64,000 nt of DNA from an uncultured Gammaproteobacteria bacterium (GTDB taxonomy: Bacteria; Patescibacteriota; Patescibacteriia; Magasanikbacterales; UBA922), in assembly GCA_964435035.1 (NCBI GenBank), contig CAYSXR010000003.1:19553-83552 (forward strand). Direction: 5' to 3'. This document shows positions 40,217 to 50,467 of the stretch, piece after piece (position 1 is the stretch's first letter; each line of letters starts with the position of its first letter). Made by a program: the position numbers and the translations under genes. The notes below the pieces were generated by a model, which saw only the letters and a list, made by a program, of their open reading frames with translations, was not told where the DNA came from and ran no database searches.

Positions 40217-41293
40217 ATGCTCAACATTTCTCGTATTTCTGAAATTCTTGGAGACGAAGCTGAAAGCTTACTCAATTTTTCAACTCCAAAAATTGCTAAA
40301 GAAAAATTGCACCTACCTTCGAAACATTTTTTTTACAAAACTTTTTCTATTTCTGATCGGTCACATAAAGTGATTGATAATTTGATTCACTTGCGAAAGT
40401 CTGGAAGACTCAAAAAAACGGGATATTTATCAATTCTTCCGGTAGATCAGGGGATTGAACATACTGCGGGTGCGCGTTTTTCTGCAAATCCAGATTATTT
40501 TGATCCAGAGAATATTGTGAAGCTCGCACTCGAAGCGAAATGTAATGCAGTTGCTTCGTCGTATGGTACGCTTGCGATTCTTAGTAAGAAATACGCGAGT
40601 AAAATTCCGTTTATTGTAAAGCTGAATCATAATGACCTGTTTCGATTTCCTAATGACTATGACCAGACCATGTTTACAACTGTAAAAAAAGCGCATGAGA
40701 TGGGTGCGCGTGGAATTGGTGCAACGATTTATTTTGGTTCTCCTGAATCCAAGCGACAGATTACGGAAGTGTCTGAAGCATTTGCAGCTGCACATGAAAA
40801 AGGAATGTTTACGGTACTCTGGTGCTATGTGCGGAACGCTGGGTTTACGGTGGGTAAAGTAGATTATAGTTCGTCAGCTGATCTCACTGGCCAGGCAAAT
40901 TATCTGGGAGCGACTATTGGGGCTGATATTGTAAAGCAAAAATTACCCACTCTCAATGGTGCTTATATTGCACTGAATAAAGGGAAGAGTTCATTTGGTA
41001 AATATGATCCTCGAATGTATACCGAGCTTGCGAGTGAGCATCCTATTGATTTGTGTCGGTATCAGGTAGTAAATAGCTATATGGGACGAATCGGATTGAT
41101 CAATTCTGGGGGAGAGAGTAATGGCGAGACCGATTTGCGAGAGGCTGTTCGTTCTGCTGTGATCAATAAGCGTGCGGGTGGAATGGGATTAATTCTTGGT
41201 CGCAAGGCTTTTGAAAAACCTCTGAAAGAGGGAATTGAAATATTGAATGCGGTGCAAGATGTGTATTTGTGTAAAGAGGTGACAATCGCCTAG
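40217..41293 (+). CDS. fbaB: Class I fructose-bisphosphate aldolase, DhnA/FbaB type. Start trimmed to MLNISRISEILGDEAESLL.
   Basis: Long collinear match from memory to E. coli FbaB (TGYLSILPVDQG.EH.AGA.F.ANP.YFDP.NIV.LA.EA.CN.VAS.YG.LA...IPF.VKLNHN...ATIYFGS.ES.RQI...ADLTGQAN.L.ATIGADIVKQK...INSGG...GETDL..AVR.AVINKRAGGMGLILGRKAF). Confidence 0.9.
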   Translation: MLNISRISEILGDEAESLLNFSTPKIAKEKLHLPSKHFFYKTFSISDRSHKVIDNLIHLRKSGRLKKTGYLSILPVDQGIEHTAGARFSANPDYFDPENIVKLALEAKCNAVASSYGTLAILSKKYASKIPFIVKLNHNDLFRFPNDYDQTMFTTVKKAHEMGARGIGATIYFGSPESKRQITEVSEAFAAAHEKGMFTVLWCYVRNAGFTVGKVDYSSSADLTGQANYLGATIGADIVKQKLPTLNGAYIALNKGKSSFGKYDPRMYTELASEHPIDLCRYQVVNSYMGRIGLINSGGESNGETDLREAVRSAVINKRAGGMGLILGRKAFEKPLKEGIEILNAVQDVYLCKEVTIA

Positions 41294-41379
41294 TTGTCTC
41301 ATTTTTAAAATAAAACAGCTTAATCTAGCTGTTTTTTGTTTTTATCAATAGATTATTAACAGTTTGTGTCGGTAAAAAG

Positions 41380-41408
41380 TTGACAAGATTTAAGTTATAA
41401 ATTATGCT
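41380..41408 (+). promoter_or_regulatory. Sigma-70-like promoter TTGACA-17-TATGCT upstream of the TrmB-family regulator gene.
   Basis: Consensus -35, reasonable -10, 17-bp spacer, 15 nt before the ATG at 41424. Confidence 0.45.
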
Positions 41409-41423
41409 AAATCTATTGTATTT

Positions 41424-42158
41424 ATGAATACTGAAATATTCAAAAAATTAGGAATGTCTGACAAAGTAGCACAAATCTACCAATCTTTGCTTTCTTTGGG
41501 GCCTAGTTCAGTACGTTCTATTGCTCTCCATAGTGGGTTAAATAGGGGAAGTGCGTATGATGCGCTTAAATGGCTCGAAGAACATGGCCTGGTGACCTTC
41601 TATCACAAGGATACTAAGCAGTATTTTGTGGCTGAGCATCCAGATCGTCTCATGTCACTCGTCCGTGAACAAAAGCAGATGGCTGACCGGGCTGAGAAAG
41701 AGCTTGAAAAGATGATACCTGAACTTGCGGCGTTGCATCATAAAGGTGGAGATAGGCCGGTTGCACGCTATGTTCAAGCTGATGAACTTAATAGCATTCT
41801 TGAAGACGTACTCACCACGTGTGAACATAGTGAAGACAAAATGTATCGTATTTATTCGGCTGAAGGAGTAAAAGAATTTTTGTACGAACAATTTCCTACC
41901 TTTAGTGATGCACGAATTGCAAAAGGAATTTCGGTTCGAGCAATTGCGATTGGAGAGGGCGGAGAATTGCGTGGACTTGATCAACGCAAACGACTTCCTT
42001 CAAGTGAGGAATTATCTACGTATATTATTATGTATCCTGGGAAAACTGCGTATATCTCGATTGATGCAAAGAAGCAGCCGGTTGGGGTGGTGATTGAAAA
42101 CGAAGGAATTTACCGGACCGAAAAAGCAGTGTTTGATTCATTGTGGGAAAAAATTTAA
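41424..42158 (+). CDS. TrmB-family transcriptional regulator (sugar-responsive HTH).
   Basis: N-terminal HTH_TrmB-like LGMSDKVAQIYQSLLSLGPSSVRSIALHSGLNRGSAYDALKWLEEHGLV. Confidence 0.55.
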   Translation: MNTEIFKKLGMSDKVAQIYQSLLSLGPSSVRSIALHSGLNRGSAYDALKWLEEHGLVTFYHKDTKQYFVAEHPDRLMSLVREQKQMADRAEKELEKMIPELAALHHKGGDRPVARYVQADELNSILEDVLTTCEHSEDKMYRIYSAEGVKEFLYEQFPTFSDARIAKGISVRAIAIGEGGELRGLDQRKRLPSSEELSTYIIMYPGKTAYISIDAKKQPVGVVIENEGIYRTEKAVFDSLWEKI

Positions 42159-42162
42159 GTGT

Positions 42163-42801
42163 ATGTTTATCATAGATTTTGATGATACGCTTTTTAATAC
42201 TCATGATTTCAAGAAATCGCGGATTGAATCATTGTTGAAAGCTGGAGTATCTCCGCATGATTATCAGGAAACCTATATCGAAGCCTTGAAAAAGAATGAT
42301 GTATTCTCCTATTCCAATGAACGACATGCTGAATTACTTACCGTTCGAGGATATTCAAAAGAAAAAGTGTTCGCTGCATTGCAGGAAACTACGGGAGAAC
42401 GATTGCGTGAGTTTCTATTTCCTGATACGGTAGAATTTATTCGGAAACTTAAAGATACAGGTTCTGCAGTCGTTCTTTTGAGTCTCGGGGAACCTAGTTT
42501 TCAGGAGCTCAAAGTAAAAGGAAGTGGAATTGCTCACTTTTTTGATCGCATGTTTATGGTTCAGGATAGTAAGGAACACATACTTCACGAATTGGTTTCA
42601 GTAGGGGAAAATTCTGAAGATATGTGGTTTATCAATGATAAAGTAGGTGAGAGTTTACTTATCAAAAATGCATTTACTAATCTGAGTATTGTTCTCAAAA
42701 AATCAGCATCGATTGATGAAGAAGAATATATACACAGTAATTTACCGTATTTCAAAACACTTACCGAAATATATGGATACATCGAACAAAAAAATAGATA
42801 A
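42163..42801 (+). CDS. HAD-superfamily hydrolase.
   Basis: Motif I FIIDFDDTLF immediately after the trimmed start. Confidence 0.55.
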   Translation: MFIIDFDDTLFNTHDFKKSRIESLLKAGVSPHDYQETYIEALKKNDVFSYSNERHAELLTVRGYSKEKVFAALQETTGERLREFLFPDTVEFIRKLKDTGSAVVLLSLGEPSFQELKVKGSGIAHFFDRMFMVQDSKEHILHELVSVGENSEDMWFINDKVGESLLIKNAFTNLSIVLKKSASIDEEEYIHSNLPYFKTLTEIYGYIEQKNR

Positions 42802-43531
42802 GGTTGGAGTAGTAATCCTTGCAGCGGGAGATGGTAAACGTATGAAAAGTTCACTTCCTAAAATGATGCATGAGCTTAATCATAAACCATTGGTTGAGCA
42901 CGTGGTACAACACGTAGAAGAAGCGGGAATAGGAAAGCCACTTATTGTGGTATCTGCAAAACATACGATGGTACAGGATCATCTTGGGGATCGCGCTGAG
43001 TATGTGGTACAACGTGAGCAATTGGGTACTGGACATGCAGCGTCAATGGCGGAAACAATGCTTAAAGGTGCGGTCGAGCATGTGATATTTCTTAATGGAG
43101 ATATGCCCTTTGTTTCTGCGGAATCAATTAAACGCCTTTTGGCCCGACATACTGAGAGAAAAAATACGATTACTATGATGACTGTGAGTGTTTCTAATTT
43201 TGAGAATGAAAATCAGGCTTTTGCAGGATTTGGTAGAATTGTGAGGGGGGATAATGGACATATTGCACGGATTGTAGAAAAAAAAGATGCTACCAAAGAT
43301 GAGCTTGGTATTCTTGAGCTTAACCCTTCAGTATGGTGCTTTGAAGCATCATGGCTTTGGAAGTCACTTAAAAATCTTAAGAATGAAAATTCTCAGAAAG
43401 AATATTATCTGACAGATTTAATTGGAATGGGGATTGACGAAGGAGTACAAATTTCTTCAATCTCAATTGAACCCAAAGAAGCGATTGGAATTAATACTGC
43501 TGAAGATTTACAGACTGCTCGGAGTTTATAA
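42773..43531 (+). CDS. Sugar-phosphate nucleotidyltransferase resembling the N-terminal uridyltransferase domain of GlmU, without the left-handed beta-helix acetyltransferase domain.
   Basis: VGVVILAAGDGKRMKSSLPKMMHEL nucleotide-binding G-x-G-x-R motif. Confidence 0.6.
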   Translation: MDTSNKKIDKVGVVILAAGDGKRMKSSLPKMMHELNHKPLVEHVVQHVEEAGIGKPLIVVSAKHTMVQDHLGDRAEYVVQREQLGTGHAASMAETMLKGAVEHVIFLNGDMPFVSAESIKRLLARHTERKNTITMMTVSVSNFENENQAFAGFGRIVRGDNGHIARIVEKKDATKDELGILELNPSVWCFEASWLWKSLKNLKNENSQKEYYLTDLIGMGIDEGVQISSISIEPKEAIGINTAEDLQTARSL

Positions 43532-43541
43532 TTTTTTTTGT

Positions 43542-44720
43542 ATGAATACTATTAATGCACTGACACTCGACTTGGCACAAGAAGGATGGGAAACGTCTCG
43601 GGGATTTTTCAAGAGACAGATTGCTCGGCCAGAACTTAATGAAAAGGAAAATGTGCGTGATGCACTTTCGGTTATTGTAAAAGTTTCGTACGCGGGTGTG
43701 TGTGGGTCTGATCGAGGTATTTGGACCAGAAGTGCTTTTACTGAAATGTTTAAGGGTGCACTTGCAAAAGAAGATAAAACTCTTCGTGTCCTCGGACATG
43801 AGTTTGTGGGTGAAGTGGTAGAAGTAGGTTCACTGGTTGAAACAACGACCTATGATATTCGGGTGGGAAGTATGGTTTCTGGAGATTCTCATGTAACGTG
43901 TGGAAAATGTTATCAATGTCGGCTCGGAGAAGAAGAGGTGTGTCAGGATCAGGCGATTTTGGGAATTAGTATTGATGGGATTTTTGCAGAGTATGTGAAG
44001 ATTCCTGCAAAAAATTTGTGGGCAGTTGATTTTAATCGTGTACGACCAGAAATCTGTGCGATTTATGACCCCTTTGGTAATGCCGTGCATGCTCTTACCA
44101 AAGTTGATATGCGTGGTAGTCGTGTTGCTATTTTTGGTTGTGGCCAAATTGGTTTGTTTGCGGTACTTTTGGCGAAACATTTTGGTGCTGCAAAGGTAAT
44201 TGCGATTGATACGAATCCTCATAACCTTGCTATTGCTCGAGAGCTGGGGGCACATGAGACAATTCTCATTGACTCAAACGCTCATAAGAAAAATAGCTAT
44301 GATAGTGATGTTTCGGTGATTGAACAAATTAAGACGTTGACCTACGGAAAGGGAGTGGATGTAAGTCTTGAGATGGCTGGGTTTAATTCTTCGGTGAATA
44401 ATTGTATCGAAGCAACGCGATATGGTGGACATATTATTCTTTTTGGTATTAAAGATGGTGATTTCATGATTCCCAATTTTTCTCGCATGATTGTGAAAGG
44501 TTTTACGTTGCATAATGTTATTGGTCGTCAGATTTTCAAAACCTGGCAGATTGCTCAGCGAGTATTGTCGGATAATACTAATGGTATCCAGGAAGCGATC
44601 TGGAAAACGATTCTTAAAGAAGGCGGAGAAACTATCATCAAGTTGTCTGAGTATACACCTGAACTAATGGAAGATCGTATGAAGCATCATCCTAAGATAT
44701 TGTTTGATATTCAACATTAA
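43542..44720 (+). CDS. tdh: L-threonine 3-dehydrogenase-like zinc-dependent alcohol dehydrogenase.
   Basis: GHEFVGEVVEVG zinc site and structural-zinc Cys cluster CGKCYQCRLGEEEVC. Immediately upstream of kbl. Confidence 0.75.
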   Translation: MNTINALTLDLAQEGWETSRGFFKRQIARPELNEKENVRDALSVIVKVSYAGVCGSDRGIWTRSAFTEMFKGALAKEDKTLRVLGHEFVGEVVEVGSLVETTTYDIRVGSMVSGDSHVTCGKCYQCRLGEEEVCQDQAILGISIDGIFAEYVKIPAKNLWAVDFNRVRPEICAIYDPFGNAVHALTKVDMRGSRVAIFGCGQIGLFAVLLAKHFGAAKVIAIDTNPHNLAIARELGAHETILIDSNAHKKNSYDSDVSVIEQIKTLTYGKGVDVSLEMAGFNSSVNNCIEATRYGGHIILFGIKDGDFMIPNFSRMIVKGFTLHNVIGRQIFKTWQIAQRVLSDNTNGIQEAIWKTILKEGGETIIKLSEYTPELMEDRMKHHPKILFDIQH

Positions 44721-44725
44721 TACAT

Positions 44726-45913
44726 ATGAATTCACTACTTACTACTGTTGCGCAAGGAATACTTGATGAGATTGTAACTAATGGTCTGATCAAAAAGCAG
44801 CGTATCATTACTTCCAGACAAGGTGCAGTGATTGAGGCTGATGGGAAGAGCTTGATTAATTTTTGTGCGAATAATTATCTTGGTCTTGCTGGCCGTCAAG
44901 AATTAGTGGATGCTGGGAAAGAAGCGCTTGAAAAATACGGATACGGGATGTCATCAGTCCGTTTTATCTGTGGAACTCATCAGGTACATATTGATTTGGA
45001 AAAAAAATGTGCTGAGTTTTTACACAAAGAAGCGGCAATTGTTTTCACTTCATGTTGGGATGCCAATGAAGCAGTGTTTGCTACCTTACTCACTGATGCT
45101 GATGCAATTATTTCTGATGAACTAAATCATGCGAGTATTATTGATGGTGTGCGTCTGTGTAAAGCAGAACGACTGGTGTATAAACATATGGACATGGGTG
45201 ATCTCGAGGAACGATTGAAGGGGACACAGGGTAATCGTATGCGATGTGTAGTGACTGATGGAGTATTTAGTATGGATGGTCATATCGCTCCACTTAAGGC
45301 AGTGTGCGATTTGGCAGAAAAATATAATGCATTTGTAGTAGTGGATGATTCTCATGCCACGGGATTTATGGGGGATACTGGTCGAGGAGCGGTTGAGGCA
45401 TGTGGGGTACTCGATCGAGTGGATATCATCACTACTACTTTTGGTAAAGCTCTTGGTGGTGCGAATGGTGGGGTGATTGCCGGATCACAAGAAGTGGTTA
45501 ATGTATTACATCAGCGTGCTAGGACAACACTTTTTACCAATACATTGCCCCTGGTGGTCGCATCAGTTACATCGTTTGTTTTCGATTTTATTGATGCTCA
45601 TCCTGAATTACGTGAGAAATTGTGGGAGAACACACGCTACTTCCGTGAACAGATGAAGCAGGGCGGATTTACCGTTTCTGACTCAGTACATCCGATTGTG
45701 CCAATCATGCTTGGAGATGGCAAAGTGGCAAGTGATATGGCACGCGATATGATGGATGAGGGAATTTATGTAATCGGATTTAGTTATCCGGTTGTTCCTA
45801 TGGGTAAAGCTCGAATTCGGGTACAGATTTCTGCAATTCATACGAAAGAGCAGATTGATATCTTGGTATCTGCATTTGTAAAACTTGGCAAAAAGTACGG
45901 AATTATTTCTTAA
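44726..45913 (+). CDS. kbl: 2-amino-3-ketobutyrate CoA ligase (glycine C-acetyltransferase).
   Basis: Class II PLP aminotransferase fold with kbl-typical motifs (SDELNHASIIDG, TFGKALGG). Confidence 0.85.
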   Translation: MNSLLTTVAQGILDEIVTNGLIKKQRIITSRQGAVIEADGKSLINFCANNYLGLAGRQELVDAGKEALEKYGYGMSSVRFICGTHQVHIDLEKKCAEFLHKEAAIVFTSCWDANEAVFATLLTDADAIISDELNHASIIDGVRLCKAERLVYKHMDMGDLEERLKGTQGNRMRCVVTDGVFSMDGHIAPLKAVCDLAEKYNAFVVVDDSHATGFMGDTGRGAVEACGVLDRVDIITTTFGKALGGANGGVIAGSQEVVNVLHQRARTTLFTNTLPLVVASVTSFVFDFIDAHPELREKLWENTRYFREQMKQGGFTVSDSVHPIVPIMLGDGKVASDMARDMMDEGIYVIGFSYPVVPMGKARIRVQISAIHTKEQIDILVSAFVKLGKKYGIIS

Positions 45914-45924
45914 TATCTTTTTGT

Positions 45925-47790
45925 ATGTGCGGAATAATTGGATACATTGGAAAAAAGGAGGCGTTATCCGTACTTGTTCAAGGATTACGTCGACTTGAAT
46001 ATCGTGGGTATGATAGTGCTGGACTTGCAGTCCTGCAAAGTCGAAAGTCGAAAGTTGAAAGTCAAAACGAAAATACGGATACATTCATTACGAGGGTTCG
46101 TTCTGTTGGTAAAATTGAAAACCTTGCACAAAAGGTAAAAGATTTTGATTTAACGAGTACTGTCGGGATTGCGCACACACGATGGGCGACGCATGGAGGA
46201 GTGACTGAAGAGAATGCTCATCCCCATGTTTCTCTCGATGGGAAGTTGGCAATTTGTCACAATGGTATCATTGAAAATTATCGTGAATTGAAAGATGGGC
46301 TTGTAAAAAAAGGATTTGTATTTGTATCTGAAACAGATACTGAAGTATTGGCGCATCTGATCGGATCTCTGTATTCTGGAAATTTGGTTACTGCTGTTGA
46401 AGCAGCACTCAAACGTGTGCGAGGTACATATGGTCTGGTCGTAATTCATACTGATTATCCAGATATGATTGTGGCTGCACGAATGGGAAGCCCCTTGGTG
46501 ATTGGAGTGGGAAAAGGTGAACATTTTGTTGCTAGTGATGCGACGCCGTTATTGCCCTATACTTCTGACATGGTATTTCTTGATGATGGCGAAGTTGCAG
46601 TTATTTCAAAAGATTCATTTGAGACATTTTCGAAGTCCCATAAACATGTTGAAAAGGAAGTCACTATTATTGAGTGGAGTGAAGCCGAAGCACAGACACA
46701 GGGCTATCCACATTTTATGATTAAGGAAATTTTTGATCAACCTACAGTATTTGAAGATGCTATTCGAGGGAGATATGATCTCGAGGAAGGAACCGCGCGA
46801 CTCGGTGGATTGAATATGACCGAAGCCCAGATGCGAAGTATCAAACGGATTATTCTTATTGCGTGTGGTACTGCATCGTACGCTGGAATGGCTGGTAAAT
46901 ATGCCTTTGAACGCTTAGCCGGAATTCCAACTGAGGTGGATGTGGCAAGTGAATTTCGGTATCGCGATCCAATTATTGATCATGAAACATTGGTATTTGG
47001 AATTTCACAATCTGGAGAAACTGCAGATACGCTTGCAGCACTTCGTGAAGCAAAACGAAAAGGAGCATTTGTACGAGGAATTGTGAATGTGGTCGGCTCA
47101 ACTATTGCGAGAGAGACTGATGGAGGAACGTATATTCATGCAGGCCCTGAGCTCGCTGTCGCTTCGACCAAGGCCTATACTAATATGGTTGCGATACTCA
47201 CTCTGTATGCACTTCAATTTGGTCGATTAAAACGGCTTACCCCAGCTACGGGTCAGCGAATACTTAAAGCACTACTTGAAGTACCACGGAAAATGAATGC
47301 AGTTCTTGAAACACGAGAGCATATTAAGGCACTCGCACTTTCGTATAAAGATTATCACAATATGTATTTTTTGGGTCGAGGAATTAATTATCCAATTGCG
47401 CTTGAAGGATCGCTCAAGCTCAAGGAAATTGCGTATATTCATAGTGAGGGATATCCGGGTGGAGAAATGAAGCATGGTCCGATTGCACTACTCAGTAAAG
47501 ATTTTCCAGTGTTAGCGATCATGACGAAGGATCAATTGTATGAAAAAATGAGAAGCAATGTGGAAGAAGTTCGTGCGCGAGGAGCTCGTTTACTCTTGAT
47601 TGCAACTGAGGGAGATGAGTCTGCAAAAGCGCTTGCTGATGATGTTATCTATGTTCCTGAAACCATGGAACTTCTTCAACCATTAGTTAATACACTTCCG
47701 CTCCAGATTTTTGCGTATGAAATTGCCGTAGCTTTGGGGCGAGATGTTGACCGACCAAGGAATTTGGCAAAAAGTGTGACGGTGGAGTAG
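45925..47790 (+). CDS. glmS: Glutamine--fructose-6-phosphate aminotransferase. Contains a short low-complexity in-frame insertion (SRKSKVESQNEN) encoded by GAAAGTC-type repeats.
   Basis: MCGIIGY N-terminal nucleophile, two SIS domains. Only 11 nt separate it from kbl, so there is no room for a glmS ribozyme. Confidence 0.95.
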   Translation: MCGIIGYIGKKEALSVLVQGLRRLEYRGYDSAGLAVLQSRKSKVESQNENTDTFITRVRSVGKIENLAQKVKDFDLTSTVGIAHTRWATHGGVTEENAHPHVSLDGKLAICHNGIIENYRELKDGLVKKGFVFVSETDTEVLAHLIGSLYSGNLVTAVEAALKRVRGTYGLVVIHTDYPDMIVAARMGSPLVIGVGKGEHFVASDATPLLPYTSDMVFLDDGEVAVISKDSFETFSKSHKHVEKEVTIIEWSEAEAQTQGYPHFMIKEIFDQPTVFEDAIRGRYDLEEGTARLGGLNMTEAQMRSIKRIILIACGTASYAGMAGKYAFERLAGIPTEVDVASEFRYRDPIIDHETLVFGISQSGETADTLAALREAKRKGAFVRGIVNVVGSTIARETDGGTYIHAGPELAVASTKAYTNMVAILTLYALQFGRLKRLTPATGQRILKALLEVPRKMNAVLETREHIKALALSYKDYHNMYFLGRGINYPIALEGSLKLKEIAYIHSEGYPGGEMKHGPIALLSKDFPVLAIMTKDQLYEKMRSNVEEVRARGARLLLIATEGDESAKALADDVIYVPETMELLQPLVNTLPLQIFAYEIAVALGRDVDRPRNLAKSVTVE

Positions 47791-47827
47791 AAAAGTTTTC
47801 TAGTTTATTAGTTGTCTGGTTATCTAG

Positions 47828-48268
47828 TTGATTATGTATAAAGCTATTATCTTTGATTTTGAGGGAACCATGGTTCATGGTGACAGGGTGTATAGCGATG
47901 TACGCCATTTGGTTATCCGATTAAAGGAAGCCGGAGTAAAGTTAGGGATTGCATCAAACACGTCGACACACTCTATCAAAGAACGATTAGAAAAAAACAA
48001 ATTACTTCAGTATTTTGATACTATTGTGGGGATTGATCAGGTTGACTATATAGGTAAGCCTGCGCCTGATATGTTTTTGCTAGTTGCTGAAAATTTGGGG
48101 GTTGAGGTAAAGGACTGTGTGGTAATTGAAGATTCAGTGAGTGGGATTGAAGGAGCTACTGCAGCCAGGATGTCCTCATTATTGATTAGAGGAGCAACAC
48201 ATTCCGCCGCAATATATGTTTGTAAAGATTTAGATGATGAGGAATTGAATCGTATTTTATTTTTGTAA
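47828..48268 (+). CDS. HAD-superfamily hydrolase (short, beta-phosphoglucomutase-like).
   Basis: Motif I IIFDFEGTMV. Confidence 0.5.
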   Translation: MIMYKAIIFDFEGTMVHGDRVYSDVRHLVIRLKEAGVKLGIASNTSTHSIKERLEKNKLLQYFDTIVGIDQVDYIGKPAPDMFLLVAENLGVEVKDCVVIEDSVSGIEGATAARMSSLLIRGATHSAAIYVCKDLDDEELNRILFL

Positions 48269-48269
48269 T

Positions 48270-49229
48270 ATGGATCAAAAGAAAAAAGTAGTAATTCTTG
48301 GTGGAGGAAATGGTGGGTCAATTTCCATTCGGGCTATGAAACAATTTCTCAATGAGTATTCGATTTCTGCAATTATTGCGATGAGTGATTCAGGAGGTTC
48401 ATCTGGTAAATTGCGTCAGGAATTAGGGGTGCTTCCGCCGGGAGATATATTACGTGCTGTACTTGCCATGAGTACCTATGATTATGATTTACTTAAGCGC
48501 ATTTTTTACGATACTCGATATTCAGAAAAAGGAAAACTACAAGGATTTGGAATCGGGCATTTATTTTTGGCGCTTGTTGAAAAATATAATGGAGGAATTA
48601 TTGATGCGGTCCGTGCGCTTGCCCAAGCAGTCGATGCCGTAGGTCCGGTATTTCCAGTTACGCTTGGATCAAGTGATTTGTGTGTGGAATTAATTGATGG
48701 AATAATTGTAAAAGGCGAACATGAAATCGACGAACCCGCGTGGGATCGCGCACTTAAAATTAAACGAGCGTGGCTGGAACCCGAAACAACTCCGCTCTAT
48801 GATCGCGTACGAAAAGAAATTCTCGAAGCTGATGTAATTATTATTGGACCAGGCAGTTTTTACACGAGTATTGTTGCAACACTTCTACCCGCTGGAATGA
48901 AAGAAGCGCTTGGTCAGTCAAAAGCAAAACTTATTTTTGTTTCAGGAAATGTGGTTGAGAGCAATGGTGAAACAGGCCCTACGTCTACGAGTGAAATTAT
49001 TGGTATACTACACACCTATTTACCTCGTGAGGTAGATGTGGTAATTTCAAATACTGCAGTGCTTAATTCGAAACAGAGGTCCTATTATCAGGAGAAAGGT
49101 TGGGAAAAGATTGTGATCGATCATAATCATATAGATGTCCCTATTATTGCTGCACCATTTGAATTATCAGAAGGTGGATATGACCCTGTGGTTCTTGGAC
49201 GATTAATTCATAAGTATATTTCGAAATAA
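48270..49229 (+). CDS. YvcK/CofD-family protein (gluconeogenesis factor / 2-phospho-L-lactate transferase-like).
   Basis: N-terminal VVILGGGNGGS ... MSDSGGSSGKLR motifs characteristic of the UPF0052/CofD family. Confidence 0.65.
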   Translation: MDQKKKVVILGGGNGGSISIRAMKQFLNEYSISAIIAMSDSGGSSGKLRQELGVLPPGDILRAVLAMSTYDYDLLKRIFYDTRYSEKGKLQGFGIGHLFLALVEKYNGGIIDAVRALAQAVDAVGPVFPVTLGSSDLCVELIDGIIVKGEHEIDEPAWDRALKIKRAWLEPETTPLYDRVRKEILEADVIIIGPGSFYTSIVATLLPAGMKEALGQSKAKLIFVSGNVVESNGETGPTSTSEIIGILHTYLPREVDVVISNTAVLNSKQRSYYQEKGWEKIVIDHNHIDVPIIAAPFELSEGGYDPVVLGRLIHKYISK

Positions 49230-49236
49230 GATTGAT

Positions 49237-49581
49237 ATGTTGAATTATAAAATTACCCACGCAGAAGTACACACTTTGGGAATCCGTATTTCAGTGACGG
49301 GCACTATTGGGGTTGAAGTTGGACATGTCTATGTATTTTTTATTACGAATGATTTGCACGAACAACCATACGCACTTTTTGAAGATTTGTGTGTGATTGC
49401 AAGTGAGCGTAGTCGCGGAGTTGGGAATACACTTCTCACTGAAGCGATTAAACTTGCGACTGAACGTGGATGCTACAAGATTCTTGCAACATCTCGGACT
49501 GAGCGAGAAGAGGTTCATGCATGGTATGGGCGGAAGGGTTTTGAAAAATTCGGTTATGAATTTAGAATGGAATTGAATTAA
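49237..49581 (+). CDS. GNAT-family N-acetyltransferase.
   Basis: Acetyl-CoA-binding motif A region RSRGVGNTLLTEAIKLATERGCYKIL. Confidence 0.55.
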   Translation: MLNYKITHAEVHTLGIRISVTGTIGVEVGHVYVFFITNDLHEQPYALFEDLCVIASERSRGVGNTLLTEAIKLATERGCYKILATSRTEREEVHAWYGRKGFEKFGYEFRMELN

Positions 49582-49589
49582 TTTTTTTT

Positions 49590-50465
49590 ATGACAGATAT
49601 TACACTTGCAATTACTAAATCTTCGAAAGAATATGAGCTCCTAGATAGCGGAGATGGAGAGAAGCTTGAACGATATGGAGATGTCATTTTTCGGAGACCT
49701 GATCCACAAGCATTGTGGGCAAAAAGTTTGAATATACAAGAGTGGAACAAAGCACACGCTTCTTTTAATCGAGATGGTAAAAAAGGAGATTGGAATTTGA
49801 AAAAAGGAATACCTGAAAAATGGCAGATTGAATTTGGAAATTTGAAATTGTGGATTCGTCCTACGTCTTTTAAGCATACTGGATTATTTCCTGAACAGTT
49901 GCCCAATTGGGATTGGATGAGAGAAAAAATTACCCAAGCAAAACGAGACGTGAATGTTTTGAATTTGTTTGGCTATACGGGAGGAGCTTCTCTTGCTGCT
50001 GCTCAGGCTGGAGCATCTGTTGTGCATGTGGACGGGTCGAAAGTCGCAATTCAGTGGGGCAAAGATAATGCAAAAACTTCAGGGCTAGAAGACAAACCAA
50101 TACGATGGATTCTTGATGATGCTCGGGTATTTGTAAAACGAGAAATTAAACGAGGAAACAGATATGATGGAATTTTGCTTGATCCTCCAGCATTTGGGCA
50201 TGGTCCAAAAAAAGAATTGTGGAAAATCGAAGATCATTTGCCTGAGCTTTTGAAATTGTGTACTGAGATTGTATCAGATAAACCAGTGTTTTTCTTGATC
50301 AATGGTTATGCCTCAGGATATTCCTCGATTGCATATGAAAATAATTTGAAGCAGCTACTTCACAAGTTTGGTGGGAGTTTTGAAAAAGGCGAGTTGGCAA
50401 TTGAAGAATCAAAATCTGGAAAATTACTTCCATGCGGCATATTTTCACGGTGGAGTTCAGTATAG
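49590..50465 (+). CDS. Class I SAM-dependent methyltransferase, RlmI/RlmK-like (no PUA domain).
   Basis: VLNLFGYTGGASLAAA SAM motif I and DPPAFGH motif IV. Confidence 0.55.
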   Translation: MTDITLAITKSSKEYELLDSGDGEKLERYGDVIFRRPDPQALWAKSLNIQEWNKAHASFNRDGKKGDWNLKKGIPEKWQIEFGNLKLWIRPTSFKHTGLFPEQLPNWDWMREKITQAKRDVNVLNLFGYTGGASLAAAQAGASVVHVDGSKVAIQWGKDNAKTSGLEDKPIRWILDDARVFVKREIKRGNRYDGILLDPPAFGHGPKKELWKIEDHLPELLKLCTEIVSDKPVFFLINGYASGYSSIAYENNLKQLLHKFGGSFEKGELAIEESKSGKLLPCGIFSRWSSV

Positions 50466-50467
50466 CT

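Noticed and set aside
45913-45925. glmS ribozyme upstream of glmS.
   Set aside because: Only 11 nt separate kbl from glmS. No room for the ~170-nt ribozyme, and no GlcN6P-ribozyme core motifs nearby.
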